A stretch of 64,000 nt of DNA from IMG/VR virus record IMGVR_UViG_3300001525_000313, positions 1 to 64,000 of that record. One strand, given 5' to 3'. The notes beneath the pieces were generated by a model that saw only the letters and a program-made list of their open reading frames with translations, searched no databases and was not told where the DNA came from. The translations under genes and the position numbers were made by a program. This document shows, piece after piece, positions 53,343-63,461 of this stretch. Positions within the stretch are counted from its first letter, which is position 1. Every line of letters begins with the position of its first letter. This DNA comes from a virus (lineage: Duplodnaviria; Caudoviricetes).

Positions 53343-54407
53343 TTATACTAAAACATCAAAGTATCTGTTTATGAATAGCTTTAAATCGTCATTAGATTTT
53401 TTGTCTACTGAATATGTTTTTAAGCATCTCAAAAACTGTATAGCAGGAATAAATGAATATTCATCTTTAATTTTCAAGAATACCTTATAATTATCATTTG
53501 TATTATCTGACGAATCAAGTACAATTAAACCAGGTCTTACAACTGAAATTAAATTGTAATCATAATCTAAAACATTATCTAATGAATCTGCAAGCTGAAT
53601 GTCTTTATTTGATTCAAAATGTGGGTTCTTAACTACAACTAAATTTGAAACCTTCTCAAACCAATCATTTAAATCTTTTTCATTGTATGGATAAGACACA
53701 TCATCAGACTTAGCGACAAAATCTGCAATACCTAAATCAGTATAAACAACAAAGTGATAATATGTATAACTGTCAACAACCTTCTGTGTAATATTTTCAG
53801 TTGCAACTTTTGTTAAATTTGGATTATTATCACTTTCAATTAGTGTTACATCTTCTAAAACAATATTATTTTTTACAGATTCATTTGAAGCAATAAATGA
53901 TCTACTATAAGAATAATCACTTGGTAACTGTCGAACACCTAATACATTATGTTTGCTTTTAAAGTATCGTAATGAACATAAAAATGTTTTATTTAATTGA
54001 AGAGTTGTAATATCTTTTACAGGTGTACTAGCTTTTACATACTTGTGTTCACCTGAAAGATCCATATAATGGAAATATTGTGTATCTGCATCATTAGGTG
54101 AAAACCATGGTAATATGTCTTCATCTACTAAATCAGAATCTTGAACATAATTATTCAAATCATTTACTGTAACACCATTGCTATTAGTATCATTTAATAG
54201 TTGTTTATATGTATTAACTAAAGTAGTGTTTGTGTTATCAGTTGACATTGCAAAGCGACTTGCAAGTGACTTACCTTTATCTGTATCAGCTGGTTTTTCA
54301 GTTTTTGCTTCGGCTTGCTTACTAGATTTATTTATTTCAGTATTACGAAGTTTTGTTAAAATATCTGTAAGTCCTTCATCTATAAGAATTCCATTTACTA
54401 TTGACAT
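53343..54407 (-). CDS. Hypothetical protein
   Basis: 354-aa ORF. Confidence 0.65.
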   Translation of the reverse strand: MSIVNGILIDEGLTDILTKLRNTEINKSSKQAEAKTEKPADTDKGKSLASRFAMSTDNTNTTLVNTYKQLLNDTNSNGVTVNDLNNYVQDSDLVDEDILPWFSPNDADTQYFHYMDLSGEHKYVKASTPVKDITTLQLNKTFLCSLRYFKSKHNVLGVRQLPSDYSYSRSFIASNESVKNNIVLEDVTLIESDNNPNLTKVATENITQKVVDSYTYYHFVVYTDLGIADFVAKSDDVSYPYNEKDLNDWFEKVSNLVVVKNPHFESNKDIQLADSLDNVLDYDYNLISVVRPGLIVLDSSDNTNDNYKVFLKIKDEYSFIPAIQFLRCLKTYSVDKKSNDDLKLFINRYFDVLV

Positions 54408-54425
54408 ACTTAAAATAAAGCTCCA

Positions 54426-54722
54426 TTACATAAGTCTAAAGAAATAAAACATTCGCTGATAGAATCTTTCTATAGTTTCATTATTTCGAATAATATCTTG
54501 TCTAACAATTTTTTCATTCTTAAGAAGATATATCTTGTAATAAGCAACTCTATTTTCTACATAAAATTGCCACGTATAGTTCTTATAAAATGATACATAT
54601 GCACTTTTATATCTTCCATCAGTGAAAATAATTTTTACACGCTTATGAAACCTAGTATGAATCATACTTTGTATACAAAGCATAATATCACTAAGTCTTG
54701 TTATAAAGTCTTTATTTGTCAT
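54426..54722 (-). CDS. Basic hypothetical protein
   Basis: 98-aa ORF, AGGTG RBS. Confidence 0.55.
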   Translation of the reverse strand: MTNKDFITRLSDIMLCIQSMIHTRFHKRVKIIFTDGRYKSAYVSFYKNYTWQFYVENRVAYYKIYLLKNEKIVRQDIIRNNETIERFYQRMFYFFRLM

Positions 54723-54805
54723 AATAACACCTACAATTAATAAATATAATTAAATATGTTATTTTGATATTCTGCAATAACTACACATAAAGACTCGAAT
54801 AATAC

Positions 54806-54840
54806 AATAAAACCCCATGCATAATATACACATGGGGCTT
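54806..54840 (-). terminator. Terminator after sheath gene
   Basis: CCCCATG...CATGGGG preceded by A tract. Confidence 0.65.
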
Positions 54841-54860
54841 TAGTTTATTTAATTAAGTTA

Positions 54861-57422
54861 TTAAAGAACGCCTTCAGCTTCAAGAGTTGTTGCTGTAGAA
54901 TATACTGCAAATGTTAAATCGAAGATTTCAACGGACTGATAGAATCTCAAATTGATTATACCATTGATTGTACGATTTGCAATCTCTTCACGAGAGGTTG
55001 TGTCTTCACCCATCTTAACACTATATTCAGCAAGTGCATTAACAGATTTATATGGCTCAAGAATATACATACTAACATAATTCTTCCACTGATCCCAAAG
55101 AATCTGGCTATTAATTAAGAATTTAAGTGTTTCAGTATATTCATCAACCTGGCTACGAATACGAACTAATGTACGTGCAATATGTGCAGCATTAAGATCT
55201 GTATAAGCAGCATTCAATGTTTCATTGCCATAAATCTGAATACCTCTTGTACCAGTATCATAAATTGGATTGATTCTGCACTGTACTAACTGATCACGTT
55301 CAGCTTTTGTCTTTGGATTTACTGTTACAGCACATGTTTCAGGAAGTGTACCATATTGATCACCAGCAACTGGAAGATGTACACCACGTTCACGATATGA
55401 AGTGAGAACATTATTAATTACTAAGTTTGCTGGAGCTGTTAAAACTTTAACAGATTTAGCAAGTCCGCTTTCAATCTTTGTACATGTCTGCATTAACCAA
55501 GAGAAGTAAATTTCAAGGTAGAAGCTCTGAATTGAATAGTCAACAGTATTTGAAACACCATATTCCCATAAATCAGAATAACGACCCTGTGAAGTTACCC
55601 AATCGCATGCATCATCAAGTGTAAATGCAGTTTGATTTTCACGATCTGGATAATAAGGTGTTGAAAGAATAACTGTACAATCCTTGCGTTCACATGCAAT
55701 CTGTTTTAGATTATAATGAAGTGCTCTACGATCATCTGAACTTGGTAAATATACTTCACCTGGTTTTAATAAATCATAATGTTTTGCTTTATATTCGTCA
55801 CTAGTATCATTATCATCTTTATCAGCATCTTCAAGATCACGTGAAACTGGTGCTGTTAAGTCTGCCATTAAGCAGCCAGCATATTTTTTAGCTTTAAACT
55901 GTTCTAATGCATCGATATAATCTTGCATTGAAACTTTAAACATTGGCTGACAGTCAATAATGTATGGTTCTAAGTCTTCAGGAACTTTTAAAGTTTTCTG
56001 TGGTATACCAACATGTTTATCCATAATGGCTTTTACAATTGAATTTGCACCACGTTCTTTCTTAATACAAGCACCTTCAGTAGATGGATCAATAAGTTCA
56101 AATCGAACAATTGTACCTAATGATGAATTTAAGTTATTAACTAATGACTGATTTGTTGTTGTATCTTCTAGTTTTACACGAGCTTTACCAAGTTTATTGG
56201 TACCATCTGCATTTAGAACTTCAACATTTAGATAATAAACATGAAGTGAATATGGTTTAGCCTGTGAAATATATGTTTTAAATGTTAAATCTTCAGCCAT
56301 TGAAGAATAGCCAATAATTGCGTGTGAGCCTCTTGTTACACCTTGAATAACAATTTCTTCAGTGCCACTAAGATCCCAATCGTCCTTGTCCCATGGATCA
56401 TCGCCATGTGTAGCAATGTGTGGTGTTGCTATTATTACAAGTTTTCTACTGTCATAAGAATATTCTATAGATACATCATCAGATTCACCTGCACCGCAGG
56501 CATATTTAAGAGTATTTTTAAGATTTTTAATTGTGTTCTCTAATAAGATATATTCGTTATTTAACTGCGTTGTGCTCTCAAGTGTAATAGCGCCGGTTTC
56601 ACTGTTTACAGCTAGTACTTTTTGTGTTTTATCATTATTATCATGATCAATTGTTGCAGGTGTTACTACAATAGGTTCTGCACCCCATGATGGATCAATT
56701 GCACCATAAGCAACTAAATCATAGTCATTTACAATTTCATCATTAACAAATGTAATGGTAAGAATAAACTCGCCTTGATGCTGAGCATCAGCAACAATAT
56801 CCCATGTATATTTATCATTTAAATCATTACCATTTTTTTCTTCTGCAGCTATACTATCAGGAATTCCTGCATTTTCTGTATCAATGCTTGTAGGTTTTTC
56901 ATTACTGTTAAATGCATTATACTTATCAGCATAAAATGAAAAACCATCAGGAATAGCAGCATTATTTTTATAGCCAATAATCTTAGTTATAACATATTTA
57001 TTTTTTAAACCAGTAATAGTAACTGTTCGTGTTCCAAGAGTTGCGTTTAATACAGCATTATCACCAAAGCTTTCATCTTTATTATAATCAGGATCAGCTA
57101 CAAATGGGAACTTATAAACACCAGCATCACCGGAATTTACTTTTGCAACATAGCAAGATGTGCCATTATCAACAACCTGCATAATGTCATAAAGATCAAC
57201 ATATTTTTCTGGATCAATACGAGGATCACCAAAGTTTGCAATTAAGCTATCAGTATCACGAATTAAAACAGGATCATATAAACCTTCATCATTTTTCTTT
57301 AATTTTGCAATCGGTGTAATTGCAGCAAATAATCCTGTAAAGGAAACTACATTTGGAACTACAGATAAATCTTTGACTCTTGAACGTAAATGTGCAGATT
57401 CACGTGTCTCATTTTTAATCAT
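54861..57422 (-). CDS. Tail sheath protein
   Basis: ANFGDP, ACERKDC, PVAGDQYG, ERDQLVQCRINPI, IYGNETL, HIARTL, LKFLIN. Confidence 0.88.
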   Translation of the reverse strand: MIKNETRESAHLRSRVKDLSVVPNVVSFTGLFAAITPIAKLKKNDEGLYDPVLIRDTDSLIANFGDPRIDPEKYVDLYDIMQVVDNGTSCYVAKVNSGDAGVYKFPFVADPDYNKDESFGDNAVLNATLGTRTVTITGLKNKYVITKIIGYKNNAAIPDGFSFYADKYNAFNSNEKPTSIDTENAGIPDSIAAEEKNGNDLNDKYTWDIVADAQHQGEFILTITFVNDEIVNDYDLVAYGAIDPSWGAEPIVVTPATIDHDNNDKTQKVLAVNSETGAITLESTTQLNNEYILLENTIKNLKNTLKYACGAGESDDVSIEYSYDSRKLVIIATPHIATHGDDPWDKDDWDLSGTEEIVIQGVTRGSHAIIGYSSMAEDLTFKTYISQAKPYSLHVYYLNVEVLNADGTNKLGKARVKLEDTTTNQSLVNNLNSSLGTIVRFELIDPSTEGACIKKERGANSIVKAIMDKHVGIPQKTLKVPEDLEPYIIDCQPMFKVSMQDYIDALEQFKAKKYAGCLMADLTAPVSRDLEDADKDDNDTSDEYKAKHYDLLKPGEVYLPSSDDRRALHYNLKQIACERKDCTVILSTPYYPDRENQTAFTLDDACDWVTSQGRYSDLWEYGVSNTVDYSIQSFYLEIYFSWLMQTCTKIESGLAKSVKVLTAPANLVINNVLTSYRERGVHLPVAGDQYGTLPETCAVTVNPKTKAERDQLVQCRINPIYDTGTRGIQIYGNETLNAAYTDLNAAHIARTLVRIRSQVDEYTETLKFLINSQILWDQWKNYVSMYILEPYKSVNALAEYSVKMGEDTTSREEIANRTINGIINLRFYQSVEIFDLTFAVYSTATTLEAEGVL

Positions 57423-57540
57423 ATTTCAACTCTCCCTTAAATTCGATTATGGGCATAGAATATCCACAAGTGTATATTTTTAAATATATAAAAGTTCTCA
57501 ATAAGAACTGCTAAGTAGTCAAATGTTTATTCATAATAAA

Positions 57541-57990
57541 TTATGAATTTTTAAGTATGTCTAGTAAATCAAAATATGACAATTTACATTTTTTATAATC
57601 AGAATAATACTTAGAAAAATCAACTTCAATCTTGTGATATTTTAAATCAGTTGAAAATATAGATTTTTCTTCATTAGATAGATTAGTCCAAATTGCAGAA
57701 AAAACATGTGATACAGTAAAAGGTACTATATTTTTTGTTAGTAAATGATGCGGTCGATACAGTTTATTTTCTGCAAAACAAAATAGATGCTCATTATGCT
57801 CTTCACAAAAGACCTTAGCAGCTCGTGTATTTATATTTTCATGAAACGGACAAAAACACGTAGATGTATAATCTGGAAAATTTATATCAGCATACTTAAG
57901 CAAATATTCAAATGTACAATAATAATCAATGACATTTAGCTCAAGCTTTGTGTTGATATTTTCATCTATGTTAGTTGACTGTAAATCCAT
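57541..57990 (-). CDS. Stand-alone CHC2-type primase zinc-finger protein
   Basis: CFCPFHENINTRAAK...LFCFAE; no TOPRIM domain. Confidence 0.6.
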   Translation of the reverse strand: MDLQSTNIDENINTKLELNVIDYYCTFEYLLKYADINFPDYTSTCFCPFHENINTRAAKVFCEEHNEHLFCFAENKLYRPHHLLTKNIVPFTVSHVFSAIWTNLSNEEKSIFSTDLKYHKIEVDFSKYYSDYKKCKLSYFDLLDILKNS

Positions 57991-58078
57991 AAATTAACAC
58001 TTAATTATATAGATATAGTTTAAATATAAATTGAATAAAATAAAATGCTATAACTATTATAGTTATTTTATATATACA

Positions 58079-59287
58079 CTAAAATGAAATAAATGCTTTA
58101 GCGCTTTTTACAGTTGCAGCATAATTTTTTACATTAGAAGCACCCTTTGCCTCTGGCATCTCTTTAAGTGTTTTATTTTTAATACATTCCTGTACAAATT
58201 TACGCACAGTCAAGAATTGCTTATACATTGAAGAGTCGCCAACACATTTAAATTGTTTATGTAACCAATCACTTAATGTTTTTGATGGATCACTACCTTC
58301 TTTACTGTCATTACCATTAAAGAAATCTTTTAACTTTCCAATCATTTCAAAACCCTCAAGTGCACCATCAGTAATATCACCAAGGATTTTATATACTGAG
58401 TGATATATAATCTTCTCGTCTGGTTTTGGAGGTTCCTTTTTACCATTAATTGGAGCAATTGCGATTTCTAATTCAGCTGAATCTTCTGGCTTATCAGAAC
58501 CAACATCAAAAGCCCATCTGCATCTACCAATAAATGGTGCATAAGCTTCAATGTTTTTATTTATCATTGTTGATACTGATAATACTTTAAGTGCATCTAT
58601 AGCTTCGCCATCTTTATTATTTGCATTTGCTAACTTATTTGCAATATCACGTGCAGTTCTAAACTTTTTAGATATTATTGCATTCTTTACTTTTTTAACA
58701 TCTGAAACATTATCTAAACGAACACGCCATTTTGTACAACCTTCATTTGGAAGATCAACTACAACAATAAATTCAGCATCAGACACATTGTCATCGCTAT
58801 GTTCTGATTCATATTCATCTGATTCATCATCAGATTTATTATCATTATTGTTATCTTCTGGTTCAGACTTATCAGATTCAGCATCAGATTTACCATCTGA
58901 TTGTGTTGTATCATTTAATTGTGTTTTATCAGCAGCACGGTTTGCATGCAAATTGTCAATGACATCATCAATATTAATGTCATCTTCGTAAAATTTAGTT
59001 CTATTTAAACGTGAAAATGCCTCAAATAATGAATAGTTATAGCTTTCACTAGAAGCTTTTTCACTATTTGCGTTATCAGATTTTTCAGCTGGTTTATCGT
59101 TATTTTGTTCTGCACTTTTTTCTTTATTCTGTGCATCATTATCAGATGTAGCATTTGTATCTTTAATAAATACATTACCGCTATTCATTACTGCTTTTGA
59201 TGGTCCATTTAAAAACATTGCTTTTAAAAGGTCTTCATTACCACTAAGAGAGAAGACTTCTTTATATGAAGAAGGTATTGTTGCCAT
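58079..59287 (-). CDS. Hypothetical protein with acidic low-complexity linkers
   Basis: 402-aa ORF, GAGG RBS. Confidence 0.7.
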   Translation of the reverse strand: MATIPSSYKEVFSLSGNEDLLKAMFLNGPSKAVMNSGNVFIKDTNATSDNDAQNKEKSAEQNNDKPAEKSDNANSEKASSESYNYSLFEAFSRLNRTKFYEDDINIDDVIDNLHANRAADKTQLNDTTQSDGKSDAESDKSEPEDNNNDNKSDDESDEYESEHSDDNVSDAEFIVVVDLPNEGCTKWRVRLDNVSDVKKVKNAIISKKFRTARDIANKLANANNKDGEAIDALKVLSVSTMINKNIEAYAPFIGRCRWAFDVGSDKPEDSAELEIAIAPINGKKEPPKPDEKIIYHSVYKILGDITDGALEGFEMIGKLKDFFNGNDSKEGSDPSKTLSDWLHKQFKCVGDSSMYKQFLTVRKFVQECIKNKTLKEMPEAKGASNVKNYAATVKSAKAFISF

Positions 59288-59386
59288 TATATTACCTCGT
59301 ATGTTTATGTAACATTGAACTAATATAATATTGATATATAAATTTACCCTAGTAATACTACTAGGGCATTATATTGATAAATATAT

Positions 59387-60904
59387 TTACTTTTTCCAAA
59401 GAAAATTCTTCTTTAATTGTTTAGTATCTGAATAGTCAATGTCAAGATAATTACACTCACAATTATCAAGAGCACCAGTTGATTCTTCACCAAGTAATAG
59501 CTTAATTAAACCAATACGTTTTTTAAGCAGTGAAGTTCTATATGTATCAATTGTATCTTTTGCAGATATAAAATAAATGTTTTGTGCACTATAAGTTGAA
59601 TCCATTCTACAAACACGACCTGCTAACTGAATTACACGACCAATTGAAAATGGTGCATTTATAACTACAATATTATTTGCTCGTTGAAGATTGCGTGACT
59701 GTGATGCAGCTTGTGAGCATAAAACAATTTCTTTAAGACCAAGATTAGCCTCAATCTTAGCACGTTGATCTTCTTTTTCTGCACCAGTAAGCTTATATAT
59801 TGATTTAAAACCAATTGAATCTTTATGCTGTAATAATATTTGTTCAGCTAATTCAAGTGACTCAGTATATTCAAAATATATTAAAGCTGATTCATTACGA
59901 GACATAATATCATGTATTGTCTGCATCATCAACTTCATCTTATTAGAAATAATATCTGGAGATGGTTCAGTACTACCAAAATCAACTACGCGTTGTAAAT
60001 CATGTAGTCTAGCACCAAAATCTTTTGCATCTTCTGCAGGATTGTTTAAATTGTCATCTTTTTTCTTTGATTTCTTTTTTACTTTTTCTGGATGATAAAG
60101 TATATCAAAAAATCCCTTTGCTGCCATTGCATATAATTTTTCGCATTCTTTATCAAGATCACAATCAAGGAAATTAAAGTTTACATTATAATGTACACAA
60201 CCCTTAATAATAAGCTTATCAAGAATGCCATTAAGCTCTTCCATATTTTGGAAACCTGTAATCTCTATAATTTTTCTTTGAATTACAGCACCAAAACGAT
60301 TTTTCATTCTTATTACACGTTCCTGTGTAATACAATAATGAGCTCTGAATTTAAACCATGATTGAAATACTCTTGGATATACAAAGTGTAAAACATTAAA
60401 TAAACCTTCAATGTCATTCAATAATGGAGTTGCAGTCATTGCAATAATTTTCTTACAATAACATCTAACTTCCCATGCAGCACTAGCGAATACAGATTTT
60501 GGATTTTGTAATGAATGTGCTTCATCAATAACAAGATGGCATGTATTTGTACTAGCAAGAGCGATTAAATCTTCAATATATTTATTTACAACTGAATTCT
60601 CTACAATAATATATCGTCTACTTGACAAATCTTCATATTTAAATGTTTTTCCAGCGGTAACAAATATGTATTCACTTGCTGGAATTTCCATCTTTGTAGA
60701 TAATTCTTTTTTAAATGCAGCCCTTGCCGATTTTGGAATAAATAGAATACATTTATCATTATTATCTTTTAATAGATCATATTTAACATGCCACAAACAT
60801 GTTATCGTTTTCCCTGTGCCCGGAGACAAAGCAAGAATACATGCAGACATTTCCTGCATTTTCTTTATTGATTCTTTTTGTAGCTCAGATAACTCAAAAT
60901 TCAT
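59387..60904 (-). CDS. SNF2-family (SF2) helicase/ATPase
   Basis: PGTGKT, VIDEAH, MTATPLLN, RNLQRAN, QLAGRVCR; probable start MNFEL. Confidence 0.88.
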   Translation of the reverse strand: MNFELSELQKESIKKMQEMSACILALSPGTGKTITCLWHVKYDLLKDNNDKCILFIPKSARAAFKKELSTKMEIPASEYIFVTAGKTFKYEDLSSRRYIIVENSVVNKYIEDLIALASTNTCHLVIDEAHSLQNPKSVFASAAWEVRCYCKKIIAMTATPLLNDIEGLFNVLHFVYPRVFQSWFKFRAHYCITQERVIRMKNRFGAVIQRKIIEITGFQNMEELNGILDKLIIKGCVHYNVNFNFLDCDLDKECEKLYAMAAKGFFDILYHPEKVKKKSKKKDDNLNNPAEDAKDFGARLHDLQRVVDFGSTEPSPDIISNKMKLMMQTIHDIMSRNESALIYFEYTESLELAEQILLQHKDSIGFKSIYKLTGAEKEDQRAKIEANLGLKEIVLCSQAASQSRNLQRANNIVVINAPFSIGRVIQLAGRVCRMDSTYSAQNIYFISAKDTIDTYRTSLLKKRIGLIKLLLGEESTGALDNCECNYLDIDYSDTKQLKKNFLWKK

Positions 60905-60923
60905 AAGTAAACCTATATAAATA

Positions 60924-60965
60924 AAACCAAGTAACAAATATTAGTATACATTGCAACTTGGTTTT
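60924..60965 (-). terminator. Intergenic hairpin
   Basis: AAAACCAAGT...ACTTGGTTTT. Confidence 0.55.
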
Positions 60966-60986
60966 ATTAAAGCTAAAATATTCTAA

Positions 60987-61262
60987 TTAGAATGTTTTAC
61001 CATTTTTCCTGTCTTCAAGAATTGAATCTAGTCTGTCATAAGCATTTTTAGAAAATTCACTCTGACAAACAGTTAGTGCCATGTCAACAGCTCTATAATC
61101 ATTAATTTCATTATAAGCTAAAGTCTTACATAAATCGTTTACAGCATCTCTTATAGTATCAACAGTTCTATAAACAGCAGATGCTACAGGATCAAGTGCT
61201 TCATTCTTGCGAGAAATTAGCTTTTCAAGTCTAGCAATTCTAGCTTCTAATTTCTTATCCAT
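60987..61262 (-). CDS. Tagged small hypothetical protein
   Basis: MDKKLEARIARLEKLISRKNE...; GAGG RBS. Confidence 0.78.
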   Translation of the reverse strand: MDKKLEARIARLEKLISRKNEALDPVASAVYRTVDTIRDAVNDLCKTLAYNEINDYRAVDMALTVCQSEFSKNAYDRLDSILEDRKNGKTF

Positions 61263-61269
61263 AATTGCC

Positions 61270-62106
61270 TCATAATGTATTTAATCTTTCGATCTTTGAT
61301 TTAAGAAAATCACTTATTGTAACAAGCTCTCTATCATATTTGCAATTAAAGTCATCTTCGATAACATTTAATTTCATAATATTAAAGTTAGTACTAAATT
61401 TGTCATAAGCATCAATAAGTTTATTGAGCCATTTCTTATCAGAATCTTTTAATAAAGATTCAACATTACATAATTGATATATTGATGGACATTCACCATT
61501 ATAATCTAGTAATTCTACAATATATGCAGCTAATTTCTTTGGAAATCTAGCAACTGGTGGATATAATGTATCACTTGTATCACCAGTAATTGCTCTAAAA
61601 ATTGGTAATTTATTAGGCTCTATTTCAAAAAATTTATCAGAATATTCAAACTTATATGATTCTTCTGTGATAATTAAATTTTTACCATTATCAATTACAA
61701 CATCACTTGATAGTGCTTGAAATATATCTTTATCACCTGATATAATCTTTTTCCTACCATCTAATGTCTTTGATAAAGTATAGATAATTTCATCAGACTC
61801 ATAATTATTATTGTAACAAACTTTTATTTTATCATTATGAAGTAAACTTACAAATGTTGGAATAGCTTCATAAACACTACGATGCATTTCTTTATTGCGG
61901 TCTTTTTTATAGCTTTCACCTAAAATTCTACGACCTTTAGTATTAAAGCCATCAAGACATAAATATAAATCTGAATCTTTTCTAGTTAGTAAAGACTCAA
62001 TTTTCTTACATAAAAAATGTATTTCAGGATATTCTGGCCACACTTTAGAACAGCTGAAAAAGCCCCTATATAAAATCCAACTTGTATCACACAAATAATG
62101 TATCAT
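61270..62106 (-). CDS. 5'-3' exonuclease/flap endonuclease (PolI N-terminal, T4 RNase H-like)
   Basis: LCDTSWILYR, CLDG...R...YKKDR, YESDEII, SGDKDIFQ, AITGDTSD. Confidence 0.88.
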   Translation of the reverse strand: MIHYLCDTSWILYRGFFSCSKVWPEYPEIHFLCKKIESLLTRKDSDLYLCLDGFNTKGRRILGESYKKDRNKEMHRSVYEAIPTFVSLLHNDKIKVCYNNNYESDEIIYTLSKTLDGRKKIISGDKDIFQALSSDVVIDNGKNLIITEESYKFEYSDKFFEIEPNKLPIFRAITGDTSDTLYPPVARFPKKLAAYIVELLDYNGECPSIYQLCNVESLLKDSDKKWLNKLIDAYDKFSTNFNIMKLNVIEDDFNCKYDRELVTISDFLKSKIERLNTL

Positions 62107-62114
62107 ATATAATC

Positions 62115-62789
62115 CTATATTTCAATTACAGATGGTTCATATGCAACACGATAATCTTCATCTAAAATAGACACATTCTTAATATTTGCAATCTTTTTAT
62201 TATTAAGAATAACTGATGTGAGATTATGATCACCTGTATGAATGTGACCACAAATGTTTAATATTATGTTTGATCTAAGAATCTCATTACGAAGATCTAC
62301 AGATCCAAGCTCTTTATTAAACTGTTTAACAAATCCAACATTACCAAATCTTGGTGGTTGATGTGTAATTAAAATATCAGTGTCATCATCGAATTCATAT
62401 ATCTGATTATATTGCTTCGAAAAAGACCATCCATTTGGTGATTCACTATTTGGATTTCCATAAAACTTTAACCCATCAATAATTACTGAGTCATGACAAA
62501 GATAATGTACCTTGTCTAGCAGTTTATGACGATCAAGAATTTTATAAAGATCATCTTTAAAAAATCTATAAGTACAAGCAAAATCATGATTTCCTGGAAT
62601 AACAATAATATGATTTGTCTTGAGTGTCTTCATCCATTGTGCAAATTTCTTATCCCACCAATTTAAAACTGACATACAATCTTGCTGGCAATATAAAGGT
62701 GACCAATCTCCAGCAATTACTACTACATCGCATGACTTTTTTATAGATTCTAAATTTCCATGCTGATCTGAAAGTGCGATGATTTTCAT
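62115..62789 (-). CDS. Calcineurin-like metallophosphoesterase
   Basis: SDQHG, IAGD, PGNHD, THQPP, CGHIH. Confidence 0.9.
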   Translation of the reverse strand: MKIIALSDQHGNLESIKKSCDVVVIAGDWSPLYCQQDCMSVLNWWDKKFAQWMKTLKTNHIIVIPGNHDFACTYRFFKDDLYKILDRHKLLDKVHYLCHDSVIIDGLKFYGNPNSESPNGWSFSKQYNQIYEFDDDTDILITHQPPRFGNVGFVKQFNKELGSVDLRNEILRSNIILNICGHIHTGDHNLTSVILNNKKIANIKNVSILDEDYRVAYEPSVIEI

Positions 62790-62804
62790 ATAAGCCTCAA
62801 ATAA

Positions 62805-62834
62805 AATAAAAGGGTATAGAATACTATACCCTTT
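62805..62834 (-). terminator. Terminator after tube gene
   Basis: AAAGGGTATAG-AATA-CTATACCCTTT preceded by A tract. Confidence 0.7.
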
Positions 62835-62862
62835 ATATACATCACATAATTTATTTTATAAA

Positions 62863-63435
62863 CTATTTTACGCGGCTTTCAAAATAACGGTCTACTGATA
62901 AGCTAAGTGTGATTGTCTGTGCTTCACTTGAATCAAATGAGAATTCACTTGCCTGACCAAAGCCTTTAGGCCATACACCCTGAAGATCCCATTTACGAAT
63001 AATAGAAGCATCTGGTGAATACATATAAAGAGTGCCGCTTGTTTTATATGCACTAACGAGACCCATTAATTTTGTATTACGATCAAATACTTTATTAAAC
63101 CAAGCCTGCATTAAATTAACCTGGTCTTGTCCAATAGTATCATATACAGTAATGTCTAAGTCTTCAAACTGTGGAGCAGCTGCAACTTTTACTGTATCAT
63201 TACCATGTTTTAACTGAATTGGCTCAGCACTTACTTTTGGTGCACCAATTGATTTAACAGATAATCTAATATGCTCGGAAGCTGTAGCACCATCAACATC
63301 TAATTGTAATTTAGCTAAGTCAAGAACAACTTCAAAATGATTTGAACGCTGAACTTCAAAGTTTCCGGAAGCGCTCGCAAAATGGGCAGCATCACCGTAT
63401 TGCTGACCTGCTAATGTACCAACATATGTTGCCAT
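62863..63435 (-). CDS. Tail tube protein (T4 gp19-like)
   Basis: RSNHFEV, ITVYD...AWFNKV, YK..GTL, WDLQGVWP, TLSLSVD; start MATYVG after GGAGG. Confidence 0.85.
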   Translation of the reverse strand: MATYVGTLAGQQYGDAAHFASASGNFEVQRSNHFEVVLDLAKLQLDVDGATASEHIRLSVKSIGAPKVSAEPIQLKHGNDTVKVAAAPQFEDLDITVYDTIGQDQVNLMQAWFNKVFDRNTKLMGLVSAYKTSGTLYMYSPDASIIRKWDLQGVWPKGFGQASEFSFDSSEAQTITLSLSVDRYFESRVK

Positions 63436-63461
63436 ATTATCCTCCAAATATAATTATATAT

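Noticed and set aside
28178-57422. Bacterial tailocin or extracellular contractile injection system
   Set aside because: Interleaved with phage-type replication and nucleotide genes and no host housekeeping context; a large phage is more parsimonious even though no capsid or terminase gene falls in this window
3840-61262. The LExRxxxLE motif as a DNA repeat or mobile element
   Set aside because: Synonymous codons vary freely between copies; no terminal repeats or target duplications seen
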